In this document: positions 16,004 through 24,109 of the stretch, in pieces
Position numbering within the stretch: position 1 is the first letter of the stretch
How the letters are laid out: each line of letters starts with the position of its first letter
IMG/VR virus record: IMGVR_UViG_3300012942_000033
Location: 99,512-125,232 of that record
Reading direction: 5' to 3' (one strand)
Length of the DNA stretch: 25,721 nucleotides
From: a virus
Taxonomy: Duplodnaviria > Heunggongvirae > Uroviricota > Caudoviricetes
Program-made: the position numbers and the translations under genes
The notes under the pieces: generated by a model
Told to the model about the DNA's origin: nothing
Seen by the model: only the letters and a program-made list of their open reading frames with translations
The model's database searches: none

Positions 16004-16209
16004 TACCAAAGCACAAGATTGGGGATAAGATTGGTTGTGTGATCTGTGTGCCAACAGGTACAAAGCTAGAAGCCAAGAACCAAGCTGTGATTATCTCCAT
16101 CAACATACCGACTGAAGAGCAAGCCAGGCTTGGAAGAGGTATCAGCTACATGGTCAGATATCCAAGTGGCTTTGTTGATTGGTTGAATGAATCGGTTACT
16201 CGCGTTTAA
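16000..16209 (+). CDS. small hypothetical protein (SH3/KOW-like)
   Basis: ATGA overlap; HKIGDKI...YMVRY pattern. Confidence 0.65.
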   Translation: MIPKHKIGDKIGCVICVPTGTKLEAKNQAVIISINIPTEEQARLGRGISYMVRYPSGFVDWLNESVTRV

Positions 16210-16852
16210 GTCGAGTGCCATTCGGCCCGTAGAGCGGGTCACCCTGATTCGCTGAAAAGCGCGCTGAGTCGTCCCCGTAGCTACCTGAGAGCAACGGTGG
16301 GCGACCTTTGGCGTCTAGGGTATTGCCAAATTTGGCTGCCTGTCTCTGGATCTCACCGGGGTGAACGTCACACGTGGTGTTGACATTTGGAACGATTACG
16401 CCCCACTCGTTGACCTGATTCTTAGGTTCAATCTGGAAGACTGTATCATGGCCCATCTTCTGAGTAGTGACCTTCCAGCCCAACTCCTTCGCAATCATGT
16501 CTGAGAATCGCCTGTAGAGCTTAGAGCGACTCGCTTCCTTGGCAGAAAACCGGATTGGTTCTAAGGGGTTGGATTTGAAGAAGTCTCTTATGATAGCGGC
16601 TACTGTAGCGAAGATCTTGAATTGATGCCCTGCTCCACTGATATCCAGACCGCTCTCCTTGCTTGAAAACATGATGTCAATGATATCAACGCCGTCACCC
16701 ATGGAGAGAGTTACATCAATACGATCGCCATCTGGATAGAAGGAAGCGATCCAACCATGTTGGCGCTTAACAACCCAGGCCCAATCAAGGGGTTGGTTCA
16801 ACAGTTCATCTAGGCGGTCAGATCTTGGTGATAAGAGTTCCCATAGCTTCAT
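16196..16852 (-). CDS. hypothetical two-domain protein, candidate internal head protein (MKLWELL...)
   Basis: Start reassigned to ATG at 16852, 4 nt after the stop of the upstream minus gene; C-terminal VNEWGVIVPNVNTTCDVHPGEIQRQAAKFG module. Confidence 0.75.
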   Translation of the reverse strand: MKLWELLSPRSDRLDELLNQPLDWAWVVKRQHGWIASFYPDGDRIDVTLSMGDGVDIIDIMFSSKESGLDISGAGHQFKIFATVAAIIRDFFKSNPLEPIRFSAKEASRSKLYRRFSDMIAKELGWKVTTQKMGHDTVFQIEPKNQVNEWGVIVPNVNTTCDVHPGEIQRQAAKFGNTLDAKGRPPLLSGSYGDDSARFSANQGDPLYGPNGTRLKRE

Positions 16853-16856
16853 AGGA

Positions 16857-17393
16857 TCATGCCGCCTCTTGGTTATTAGGATTGTAGAGCTCACCCTCGT
16901 CATCATATAGCGGATGAACCCTCTTTGATGAATCTGCGGTATAGTCAGTAGTTGATACCCATTTGATCGTGATCGCACTGGCTGGAATATCACCTGAATC
17001 TGTCCATAGAGCACCGATAGGCGTATTTGATGCGCTATCTTGGTGGAATTCAAATCCATCAAGTTTCGAGGTATCGATCTCGAAAACCGTGAATGGTATG
17101 AGGAAATCAGGTCGTATCCAGCTGATAGTCTTGTTGTGAAGTTCGGCCAAGACGGATTTCATATAGGTTTCGATGATCTTGGCATCGAAGCGTTCGAAGA
17201 AGTAGATGCGGTCTTTGTAGGTTTCGATACCTAGATCATGGGCTATCTCGATGTCGTAATCACTGAAATGCTTCGGCCAGTCTCTGGTTGATCGTTTCAA
17301 TCCATTAGCCAGGATGCTCTTCTGATTGACAGAGTCAGACGCATGGTAGAGGAACCTTGATGTCTCCTCGGATATGATCTCGTTCCAACGCAT
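16857..17393 (-). CDS. hypothetical protein, candidate internal head protein (MRWNEIISEE...), with an LYHAS...ILANGL segment reminiscent of ADP-ribosyltransferase/DUF952-like folds
   Basis: TAAATA on the minus strand at 17399-17404, ATG at 17393; fold suggestion is weak. Confidence 0.7.
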   Translation of the reverse strand: MRWNEIISEETSRFLYHASDSVNQKSILANGLKRSTRDWPKHFSDYDIEIAHDLGIETYKDRIYFFERFDAKIIETYMKSVLAELHNKTISWIRPDFLIPFTVFEIDTSKLDGFEFHQDSASNTPIGALWTDSGDIPASAITIKWVSTTDYTADSSKRVHPLYDDEGELYNPNNQEAA

Positions 17394-17440
17394 ATCCATA
17401 TTTATTTGACACCCGAGCCAATTACACGTATATCAGGCTT

Positions 17441-17473
17441 ATGACCAGACAGAGACCCCTAGAAAAGCGCTAA
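17441..17473 (+). CDS. possible leaderless mini-ORF MTRQRPLEKR
   Basis: TTGACA (17406) n17 TATATC, ATG 6 nt later; two AGA codons; stop overlaps TAAATA. Confidence 0.3.
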   Translation: MTRQRPLEKR

Positions 17474-17482
17474 ATAGTTCGC

Positions 17483-17554
17483 GCCCCTGCTCGCGAATCG
17501 AGACTTGGGTCTTCTAAGCCTAAAGATGGGGTTTGACTCCCCACAGGGGCTCCA
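17483..17554 (+). tRNA. atypical tRNA-Arg(UCU) or tRNA-like RNA with a degenerate D-arm
   Basis: Acceptor GCCCCTG/CAGGGGC + T-CCA; anticodon loop CT-TCT-AA; T-arm TGGGG-TTTGACT-CCCCA; D region only 16 nt and lacking U8 and G18G19. Confidence 0.65.
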
Positions 17555-17567
17555 ATTTGGAGTTATC

Positions 17568-17984
17568 ATGGACGCGGTCATAAACACATTCCAACCTGAT
17601 CAACGCGACTCCTTTGGTCAGTATGTGATTCTACCTGGCCATATCCATGTCTTCCCCTTCACAATTCCGCTATTTGGCAAGGTCTGCCTAGAGCTCACTC
17701 ATATCCTACCGAATAGTCAGGATTTCTCAATTGATGCCTGGATATCAGAGGAACCTTTGGATGAGCTGGTGTTGCGTGATGGTATTGGTCATTTCAGGCT
17801 AATCCGTCGCCAAACGGTCTTCCACATTCACGATGAAACGCTAAGACAGGGCGATCATGATTCACGCCTATTCCTGAAGAGTGGTATCCCCTATTACGTG
17901 AATGTCAAAGACCTCCAAAACCGCAAGAATGCCTATGAGCTCTTCATTGAGGAAGTCGCTCATCATTCCCCTCCAGTTACCTAA
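17568..17984 (+). CDS. hypothetical protein (138 aa)
   Basis: ATG at 17568 after GGAG, immediately downstream of the tRNA CCA. Confidence 0.75.
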   Translation: MDAVINTFQPDQRDSFGQYVILPGHIHVFPFTIPLFGKVCLELTHILPNSQDFSIDAWISEEPLDELVLRDGIGHFRLIRRQTVFHIHDETLRQGDHDSRLFLKSGIPYYVNVKDLQNRKNAYELFIEEVAHHSPPVT

Positions 17985-18041
17985 TAGGTGTTGACGCCCT
18001 GGTGTTTTCTGCTACTGTGGCTGAAACGACTAGGAGCTCTC

Positions 18042-19604
18042 ATGCTGTACGGTACCAAAGAAATGCTCGACGGTCGCGTTGCCACTCTGGCAGTTGCGGC
18101 CGATACTGTGGAAGAATTCGTTGCTTTCACAGAGGCCGTCGTTGGCCAGGAAGACAACCGTAATTGGGTGGAGACTTACGCCTCCAACTTTCTCGATCAT
18201 ATGCAGAACCAGACCTTCAAGGGTTTCAAGCACAGTGTTCTAGCCGTTTATCATACAGATGAAGATCAGCGCGATGCCTTTTGGGCTGAGTGGTTGCTCC
18301 AGGAAGTTCAAAGCCAACCGGCTCGCGATCGTCACCTCGACATGCTCCACAACAAGAAGGAAGAGATCCGGCTTTCGAATGAAACCGAAGAGGATCGCAC
18401 CAAGACGCTTGAGGAGCGATTGGGCCTGGATCAAAATGATCCATGGGATCGGCGAACCGAGGAAGAGGTCGAAGCCGACAAGAAGATGAAGGAGCAGATG
18501 AAGGAGATGCGGAAGAAGGGCGACCTCTCCGGTGATTCCTTCGGTGGTGCGGATGAACAGCGAGCCTCACGCACCAAGTCGCAGAACGTTCCTGGTGCTT
18601 ATGGCCGCACTCAGGCTATTGACGCACTCAAGGCTTTCGACGAAAATGCCGACTTTGACGGTAAGACCAACGACGAGCTCAAGGAAGCTCTAGAGAACGC
18701 CGGCGTGCCTGATGTTCAGGGCGTCTACAATGACGATGAGGTGCCCCAGCGCACCGTTGATGCGAAAGGCGACATCTACGTCGAGGATATCAAGGGCAAC
18801 CAGAATGAGGATGGTACCTTCGACATCGACTCCATCATGGCCCATAAGGTCGGTGGTGAAGTCGATGAAATCACCAAGGCAGAGCGCATCGCAGCTCATG
18901 AGGAGCAGGTGGCCGAGAAGAAGGGTGGCCGCAAGGCCTTCAATCCTGATGACTTCGCGGCTGTCTTGCGAGGTGATGGTTCGGCAGACTCCGTAACTCA
19001 CGTTGAGGGTGATGATCGCAAGCGGCGTGGTGAGGGCAAGGCTCGCCCCAAACTAAGCGATCATGCGGAAGCGGCTATTGCGGCTCACAAAGAGGAAGAG
19101 CGCAAGGAGATGAAGCGCCGCCGCACTCAGGCCGAGAAGGAAGCCGATGTAAAGGCGCGAGGTGAACGCGATCGTGGCATTTTCAAAGGTGCCGACCTCC
19201 ACCCCGATGATATCGACGCGGTTGTTTGGGATGACCTACCCGAGAACCTTCGCAAGGTTCTCGAGGAGAGTGAACTCAAGCGCGATACCATTGAGGTGAA
19301 GAACTACCCCTTCAATGCTGAATTGGGTGGTAGGGCGCTCCTTCCTTTCGATGGTCTTTCGACTGAATCGGGTATGCGTTACGTGGGTGGTGTGAACCTT
19401 ACTACCGAGGGCACGATGACCATGGGTGCGCCAGGTGTGGCGATTGTGTCGCGCACTGATAGCGCGGAAGATGGTTATGGTATCTACGCTCGTAGGCGTG
19501 TAGGTAAGGCGCCGCGTGATCCACAGGTTACTGAAGGACAGGAAGTCGAGACCCCTGATGAACCACAGATTGATGTTTGGCTCGTTCGTATCCGTGCCAA
19601 TTGA
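18042..19604 (+). CDS. large, highly charged hypothetical protein (~520 aa)
   Basis: TTGACG promoter near 17991, AGGAG RBS, ATG at 18042; D/E/K/R-rich middle. Confidence 0.88.
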   Translation: MLYGTKEMLDGRVATLAVAADTVEEFVAFTEAVVGQEDNRNWVETYASNFLDHMQNQTFKGFKHSVLAVYHTDEDQRDAFWAEWLLQEVQSQPARDRHLDMLHNKKEEIRLSNETEEDRTKTLEERLGLDQNDPWDRRTEEEVEADKKMKEQMKEMRKKGDLSGDSFGGADEQRASRTKSQNVPGAYGRTQAIDALKAFDENADFDGKTNDELKEALENAGVPDVQGVYNDDEVPQRTVDAKGDIYVEDIKGNQNEDGTFDIDSIMAHKVGGEVDEITKAERIAAHEEQVAEKKGGRKAFNPDDFAAVLRGDGSADSVTHVEGDDRKRRGEGKARPKLSDHAEAAIAAHKEEERKEMKRRRTQAEKEADVKARGERDRGIFKGADLHPDDIDAVVWDDLPENLRKVLEESELKRDTIEVKNYPFNAELGGRALLPFDGLSTESGMRYVGGVNLTTEGTMTMGAPGVAIVSRTDSAEDGYGIYARRRVGKAPRDPQVTEGQEVETPDEPQIDVWLVRIRAN

Positions 19605-19609
19605 TCCTT

Positions 19610-19996
19610 ATGGATGATCCATTCACGATTGATGACCGGGGTCTCCTGAGAGCCATCGAGGCTGTTGATGATCCGCATGGAACCACTTCGGTGGTTTTGA
19701 AGGAGCAGGTTGTTGATCATCCAGAGTTCAAGGTGCTGGCCCAGAACCAGCACCTGCGAGAGCTTCTAAGGGCCTTTCTCGAGGTCAACATCCGCATAGC
19801 TCATATCCAGAATCAGCTCACTGCTGAGCAGTCTAAGGGTAGGCTAGCAAGCCTTATACATAGAGGCAAGTTGGAGCGGCTTAAAAAGGAATTAGCCCAA
19901 TTGAAGCCGCTCCAAAATGAGACGTTCAGAGCTTACGAGATGCTCCGCAAGCTCACTGATAATGATAACTTCCTACTAAGACGCTATCGGTCTTAG
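19610..19996 (+). CDS. hypothetical coiled-coil protein
   Basis: ATG at 19610 after the upstream stop; heptad-like LRELLRAF...LERLKKELAQL. Confidence 0.7.
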   Translation: MDDPFTIDDRGLLRAIEAVDDPHGTTSVVLKEQVVDHPEFKVLAQNQHLRELLRAFLEVNIRIAHIQNQLTAEQSKGRLASLIHRGKLERLKKELAQLKPLQNETFRAYEMLRKLTDNDNFLLRRYRS

Positions 19997-20973
19997 TGGC
20001 GAGTCGCACCACAATTGACACAGACATCGTAGGGTGGCTCAACTAGGTTGCCGTCGTCATCCACACCCTCATGCCAATCATGATCGCAATCATTATCACT
20101 ATCCACATAACCCGTGCCGTCATTGTGGCCTTCAAACATGTCGCCATCCATCTCTTCCATGGCGCCACGGATACGTGCCTTGCAAGATTGCGGATCGGCC
20201 TGCCACTCCGCTTGAGTAACGCATGCACCCTCAATGGCAGTCACTAGGTCATCATCTAGAGGCATACCCAGGGCATCAGCAATCTGGCCATAGAACGCAT
20301 TGCGATCCTCAGCATAGCCTTCCTCGACTGCCTCGTTCATACCAACTTCAGCCTTGAGCTGATCCAGCTGGCTATCATACCTAGCTCCCCACTTGTCGAC
20401 CCAAGCGGCCAATTTGGCGAAGAAGCTCTTGAGCTTATCACCCAGGCCTTCATTGATTGATTCCTCGGTTTGAGCCTTATCGGTTGCCTTGAGAGCAGGA
20501 GCCTTCTGAACTGGCGCGCTCTTGTGCTTCTCGATAAGGGTTTCGAGAACTTCCTGTAGTTCGGGTGTCAGGCGCTGTTGAAGCTCTTCAAGAACCTTTG
20601 CATATTTGACAGTCTCGGTTGGTTTTGGATCTTTGCTCATATGGAAGACAAAGCTCACTGTATCCACGACACGAGTCGCGACAGCATCTTCGGCATGGAA
20701 GAGGTCAGCAACCAGTTCGCGAGAATCCTGCTTGGTGTCTTCCTTCAACTGCTTGATGCGTTTATCAAGAAGTTCAATACGCTTGAGGTTACGACCCAAC
20801 TTGGTGTAGCGGCCTGATTCATAGGATTTCAGGAATGCTGTGATCTTGTTGATCTCACCGCCGGTTTGCTCGGCTGAATAAGTGACATCCGGGTGTTGAA
20901 CCTTACCCACATAATCGGGTGCCGCCGCCTCAAATAGCTTGAGATAGCCGCGCATATTGGAAGCGTCAGTCAT
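19993..20973 (-). CDS. late-expressed hypothetical protein, candidate processed internal head protein
   Basis: Minus-strand TAAATA at 20998-21003, AGGAG RBS; LKLFE, SINE, GMNE, MFE junction motifs; C-terminal CDH...CVNC. Confidence 0.8.
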   Translation of the reverse strand: MTDASNMRGYLKLFEAAAPDYVGKVQHPDVTYSAEQTGGEINKITAFLKSYESGRYTKLGRNLKRIELLDKRIKQLKEDTKQDSRELVADLFHAEDAVATRVVDTVSFVFHMSKDPKPTETVKYAKVLEELQQRLTPELQEVLETLIEKHKSAPVQKAPALKATDKAQTEESINEGLGDKLKSFFAKLAAWVDKWGARYDSQLDQLKAEVGMNEAVEEGYAEDRNAFYGQIADALGMPLDDDLVTAIEGACVTQAEWQADPQSCKARIRGAMEEMDGDMFEGHNDGTGYVDSDNDCDHDWHEGVDDDGNLVEPPYDVCVNCGATRH

Positions 20974-21039
20974 AAGAATCTCCTACAATGGTTCACCTAT
21001 TTATTGATTTTCTCCGACCTACTCATCCACAACACCGGT

Positions 21040-21651
21040 ATGCATATTTTCCTCTACCAAGCTGCTCGTCACGCCAAACCAACTGGCTATTACAACAATC
21101 GCCGTCGGTACAGCCAGACCACTATCCGCTGTGATTTCGATCTTGAATTACTCAAGAAGGGCATCAAAGGGCGATACCAGATCTTAGGTCATGGCACTCA
21201 TCCTTTTCAACAGGCTATGAAGCAGGTGGGCTTGGAAGAAGAATTCTACGGCCATGTCATAGCTATTGAAGACTCCAGGAACGCCGTGTGGTTCAAGCTC
21301 AACTACGATAACATTGGTAAGCACCAAACCAAATACATCGGTGGTTGGCGTGATCTCGATGCGGAGCATATTGTGCCACAGATCCATCAGTATCAGTTGT
21401 TGGACCAGATTCAGAAGCAGCTCTACAACCAGATGAGTGCAGTTAAGAGTCAGATGCACTATGTGAATGGTTTTGCTTCTAGAGGCCCCTTCCATCCAGT
21501 GGTTGATCAAGCAGTAGCTACCGGTCGTGAGTATCATAAAGATCTGACCAAGGCTTCGGTGGATCTAGAAGTAGAGCGGGACCGTACCATGACTAAGATT
21601 ACAGATATCCAGGATCAGGTGCGAAAATACCTAGACGAGCATAAGGGTTAA
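21040..21651 (+). CDS. hypothetical protein containing an AVWFKL motif
   Basis: ATG at 21040; motif resembles the KLA(W/K) block of the 12.3-13.2 kb pair. Confidence 0.75.
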   Translation: MHIFLYQAARHAKPTGYYNNRRRYSQTTIRCDFDLELLKKGIKGRYQILGHGTHPFQQAMKQVGLEEEFYGHVIAIEDSRNAVWFKLNYDNIGKHQTKYIGGWRDLDAEHIVPQIHQYQLLDQIQKQLYNQMSAVKSQMHYVNGFASRGPFHPVVDQAVATGREYHKDLTKASVDLEVERDRTMTKITDIQDQVRKYLDEHKG

Positions 21652-21713
21652 GATTGGTTGACAGACCACCTGTTTCTGCTAAATCCACAGAGACGCAGAA
21701 ACAGGAGATCGAT

Positions 21714-22613
21714 TTGGCCCTTCCAACGGCAGAAGAATTTACCAACCACGCCGTTCATACGATCCAGGTTATGAAGGCCTGGGCCAAGGAAGAGTTCCAC
21801 CTCGATCACATGCCTATCAAGGCAAAGTTCCCCACTAGGCAGCTCAGCTATTACGGTCAGGCTGGTATTCTGAGGAATAAGAGTGGTCGCTTCACTCAGT
21901 TCGAGCTCAAGCTGGTGATGCATGATTTCACCCATTATCCGCATTTTGCGGTTTCTGAGTACAAGAGCTTCAACAAGAGCAAGACGATTGGTGGATTTGA
22001 GACTGATGATTGGCAGCTAGGGCTGGATACCCTGATCGCTCATGAGATGTCGCACCTCGTTCAGTTTGCTCTCAAGATGTCGGCTTTCGACCACCTCGCG
22101 AGAGCAGAGGCGCATCCCCTGGTCAGTGATTGGCAGGGTGATCTTCCGGTCTTCGGTCGTATGGGCGTCTTCGAAGCCAATCATGGCTCATTCTTCCAAC
22201 ACATCTACAAACGATTCCGTGAACGGTGGATCAACCATCGAGTAGCCGGTGAAGCCTACACAACGCCCACACATTGCTTTATAGTGCCCGATGACTTCGA
22301 AGAGCGTCTAGCCAAGATGCCAAGGAGTGGCCTTGAGGGTATTCGTTTTATGAGCAACGGTCGTATGTTGGAGGTGGTTGGTCGGAATCCAAATACCCGT
22401 AAGCGTCTCTTCAACTACCAGGTGAGAGAGGTTCATTCGGGCAAATACCTCGCTATCAAGATGGCTCTTATCGCGGCTAAGAGCCCAGAAGCCAAGATAC
22501 TCATCCAGCATGACCCTGTGCTCTTCGGAGAGTATCAGGCTCACTGTAGAGCAATCCAAACCAAACTAGCTGCCAACCTGAAGAGCAGCCAGACTAAACG
22601 ACGTCGAGGGTGA
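21714..22613 (+). CDS. SprT-like zinc metalloprotease
   Basis: LIAHEMSHLVQ (HExxH) plus downstream ANHGSFFQHIY; TTG start at 21714 inferred from AGGAG and the TTGACA/GCTAAAT promoter at 21658. Confidence 0.75.
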   Translation: MALPTAEEFTNHAVHTIQVMKAWAKEEFHLDHMPIKAKFPTRQLSYYGQAGILRNKSGRFTQFELKLVMHDFTHYPHFAVSEYKSFNKSKTIGGFETDDWQLGLDTLIAHEMSHLVQFALKMSAFDHLARAEAHPLVSDWQGDLPVFGRMGVFEANHGSFFQHIYKRFRERWINHRVAGEAYTTPTHCFIVPDDFEERLAKMPRSGLEGIRFMSNGRMLEVVGRNPNTRKRLFNYQVREVHSGKYLAIKMALIAAKSPEAKILIQHDPVLFGEYQAHCRAIQTKLAANLKSSQTKRRRG

Positions 22614-22614
22614 C

Positions 22615-23001
22615 ATGATTCTAATGGTGTTGGCTCTACTACAGGCCCAACCAGTATTCACCGAGGATTTCCCCAAAGGCTCGGCGGTCGATCTGAACCA
22701 GGGTTTCTACATCTGCGAGACGCCTAATCCTCGAGATACCATTGACCAACTACTCGATATCACGGATGGCAATGAGCGCCGCGCCAAAGCAGATTCGCTA
22801 GGATGCCCCTTTAGCTTTCTTCCTGAACATCCACATCGTGTCTTTGTGGTCGATCATACCGCCGATATCTGCCTTGATGTCAAGGTGAGCCCCTACAATG
22901 CCTATTGTGGCCGAGAGGCCCATCAGCTTACGATAAGAGATGGCAAGAAGACCGAGACAGTTATCTGGATTTCACTCGACGTGGATTATGATGAAAATTG
23001 A
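22615..23001 (+). CDS. hypothetical protein with a signal-peptide-like N-terminus and four Cys
   Basis: MILMVLALLQAQP N-terminus; possibly periplasmic/secreted. Confidence 0.7.
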   Translation: MILMVLALLQAQPVFTEDFPKGSAVDLNQGFYICETPNPRDTIDQLLDITDGNERRAKADSLGCPFSFLPEHPHRVFVVDHTADICLDVKVSPYNAYCGREAHQLTIRDGKKTETVIWISLDVDYDEN

Positions 23002-23032
23002 CCTATGGGAAAGCCGCTCGCTATAAAGCGGT

Positions 23033-23467
23033 ATGAAGATTGGTTTCTCCTTTGGGCGTTGCGTCCGCGATATCGTGAATGGTAGTGTTCCTTATGAGGA
23101 TGTCTACCTCATCGTCACCAGAACTCTTATCCATGATTCTACGCAGGTTGATGGAGTGATTGAGGAATACCTCTGGAGACCCGAATACCTACAAGGGTTG
23201 GATGAAGGCCAGTGTTATGAGGTAGCTCAGAAGCTCTTCCTGGGTGGCAAACTGTATCAGCCCCGCAAGTATGGCTTCAATCCCCGAATGGTAGCAGAGA
23301 ATGCGGTATGGATGGATCTTGCTCCGTGTATTTTGGGGCCAGATGTCGATGGAATGGATCCACATCACGCGGAGCAGGTGGTTAAGGCTTGGAAGAACTA
23401 CCAGCTGGCTCTGAAGATGACCTCTTTGAAGCGATTCCCCGATATCAACCTGCGGAATGACTTCTAG
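23033..23467 (+). CDS. hypothetical protein (MKIGFSFGRCVRDIVNG...), probably leaderless
   Basis: TTGACC (22998) n18 TATAAA, ATG 5 nt later, no SD. Confidence 0.8.
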   Translation: MKIGFSFGRCVRDIVNGSVPYEDVYLIVTRTLIHDSTQVDGVIEEYLWRPEYLQGLDEGQCYEVAQKLFLGGKLYQPRKYGFNPRMVAENAVWMDLAPCILGPDVDGMDPHHAEQVVKAWKNYQLALKMTSLKRFPDINLRNDF

Positions 23468-23679
23468 TGGAAGGCAAACCTGAAGATCCACTAGTCTTCA
23501 TGACTCGCATGAAAGAGGTCATAGGTCAGATCCGCACCAAACACCTGAGACCAGAGATCAATCACTTGGTGGTGCGTAAAGCCGGTAACATCACAGAGGC
23601 CGATTTGAATCGCCTTATGAATTATGTCGAAGCGGCCTATGATTTCATTGAGCATAACAAGGAGCAACCTACCCTCTAA
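23467..23679 (+). CDS. small hypothetical protein
   Basis: GTG overlapping the upstream TAG. Confidence 0.6.
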   Translation: MEGKPEDPLVFMTRMKEVIGQIRTKHLRPEINHLVVRKAGNITEADLNRLMNYVEAAYDFIEHNKEQPTL

Positions 23680-23686
23680 ATAGGGG

Positions 23687-24109
23687 ATGGTAGATCACAG
23701 AACTCCGCCCAAACCACCCTTCTACGATAATCATAGGCCTGGCCAGTGTCGCTGGTGCGGTCAAGATATCCTGAAAGCTGATGGCTCGGTCAACAAGAGA
23801 GCCAGTTGGCACAAGTCATGCGTTGCTGAATACAAACTCATCCATTGGTCCAATGAGACGAGGAAGGCCGTATATAAGCGCGATAAGGGCATCTGCGCAT
23901 CATGCGGTCATAAGTGCGCTCGTAAATATGACGATGTATGGCACTTGGATCACATCAAGCCATTGATTGAAGCACAAGGTGACCTGGATTTCTGGAAACT
24001 GCCTAACCTTCAGACCTTGTGCCAGACATGTCATCATAAGAAGACAGGAGCCGAGGCTACCGCACGAGCAGAGGCTAGACGCATGAAGCTCAATGAGACT
24101 GACGAATAG
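23687..24109 (+). CDS. HNH endonuclease with Zn-binding CxxC pairs
   Basis: CRWCG, CASCG, WHLDHIKPL...NLQTLCQTCHHKKT; TAAATA 4 nt upstream of the ATG. Confidence 0.88.
   Translation: MVDHRTPPKPPFYDNHRPGQCRWCGQDILKADGSVNKRASWHKSCVAEYKLIHWSNETRKAVYKRDKGICASCGHKCARKYDDVWHLDHIKPLIEAQGDLDFWKLPNLQTLCQTCHHKKTGAEATARAEARRMKLNETDE

Noticed and set aside
16853-17062. 70-aa N-terminal extension of the 16196..17062 ORF
   Set aside because: Overlaps the 16857..17393 gene on the same strand; the ATG at 16852 gives the shared N-terminal motif and normal operon spacing
7347-23966. Numerous 60-180 aa antisense or alternate-frame ORFs nested in long genes (e.g. 10056..10598, 18226..18570, 20578..20817, 21648..21944)
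   Set aside because: Fully overlap well-supported CDSs, lack RBS or promoter, and are expected by chance at this GC content
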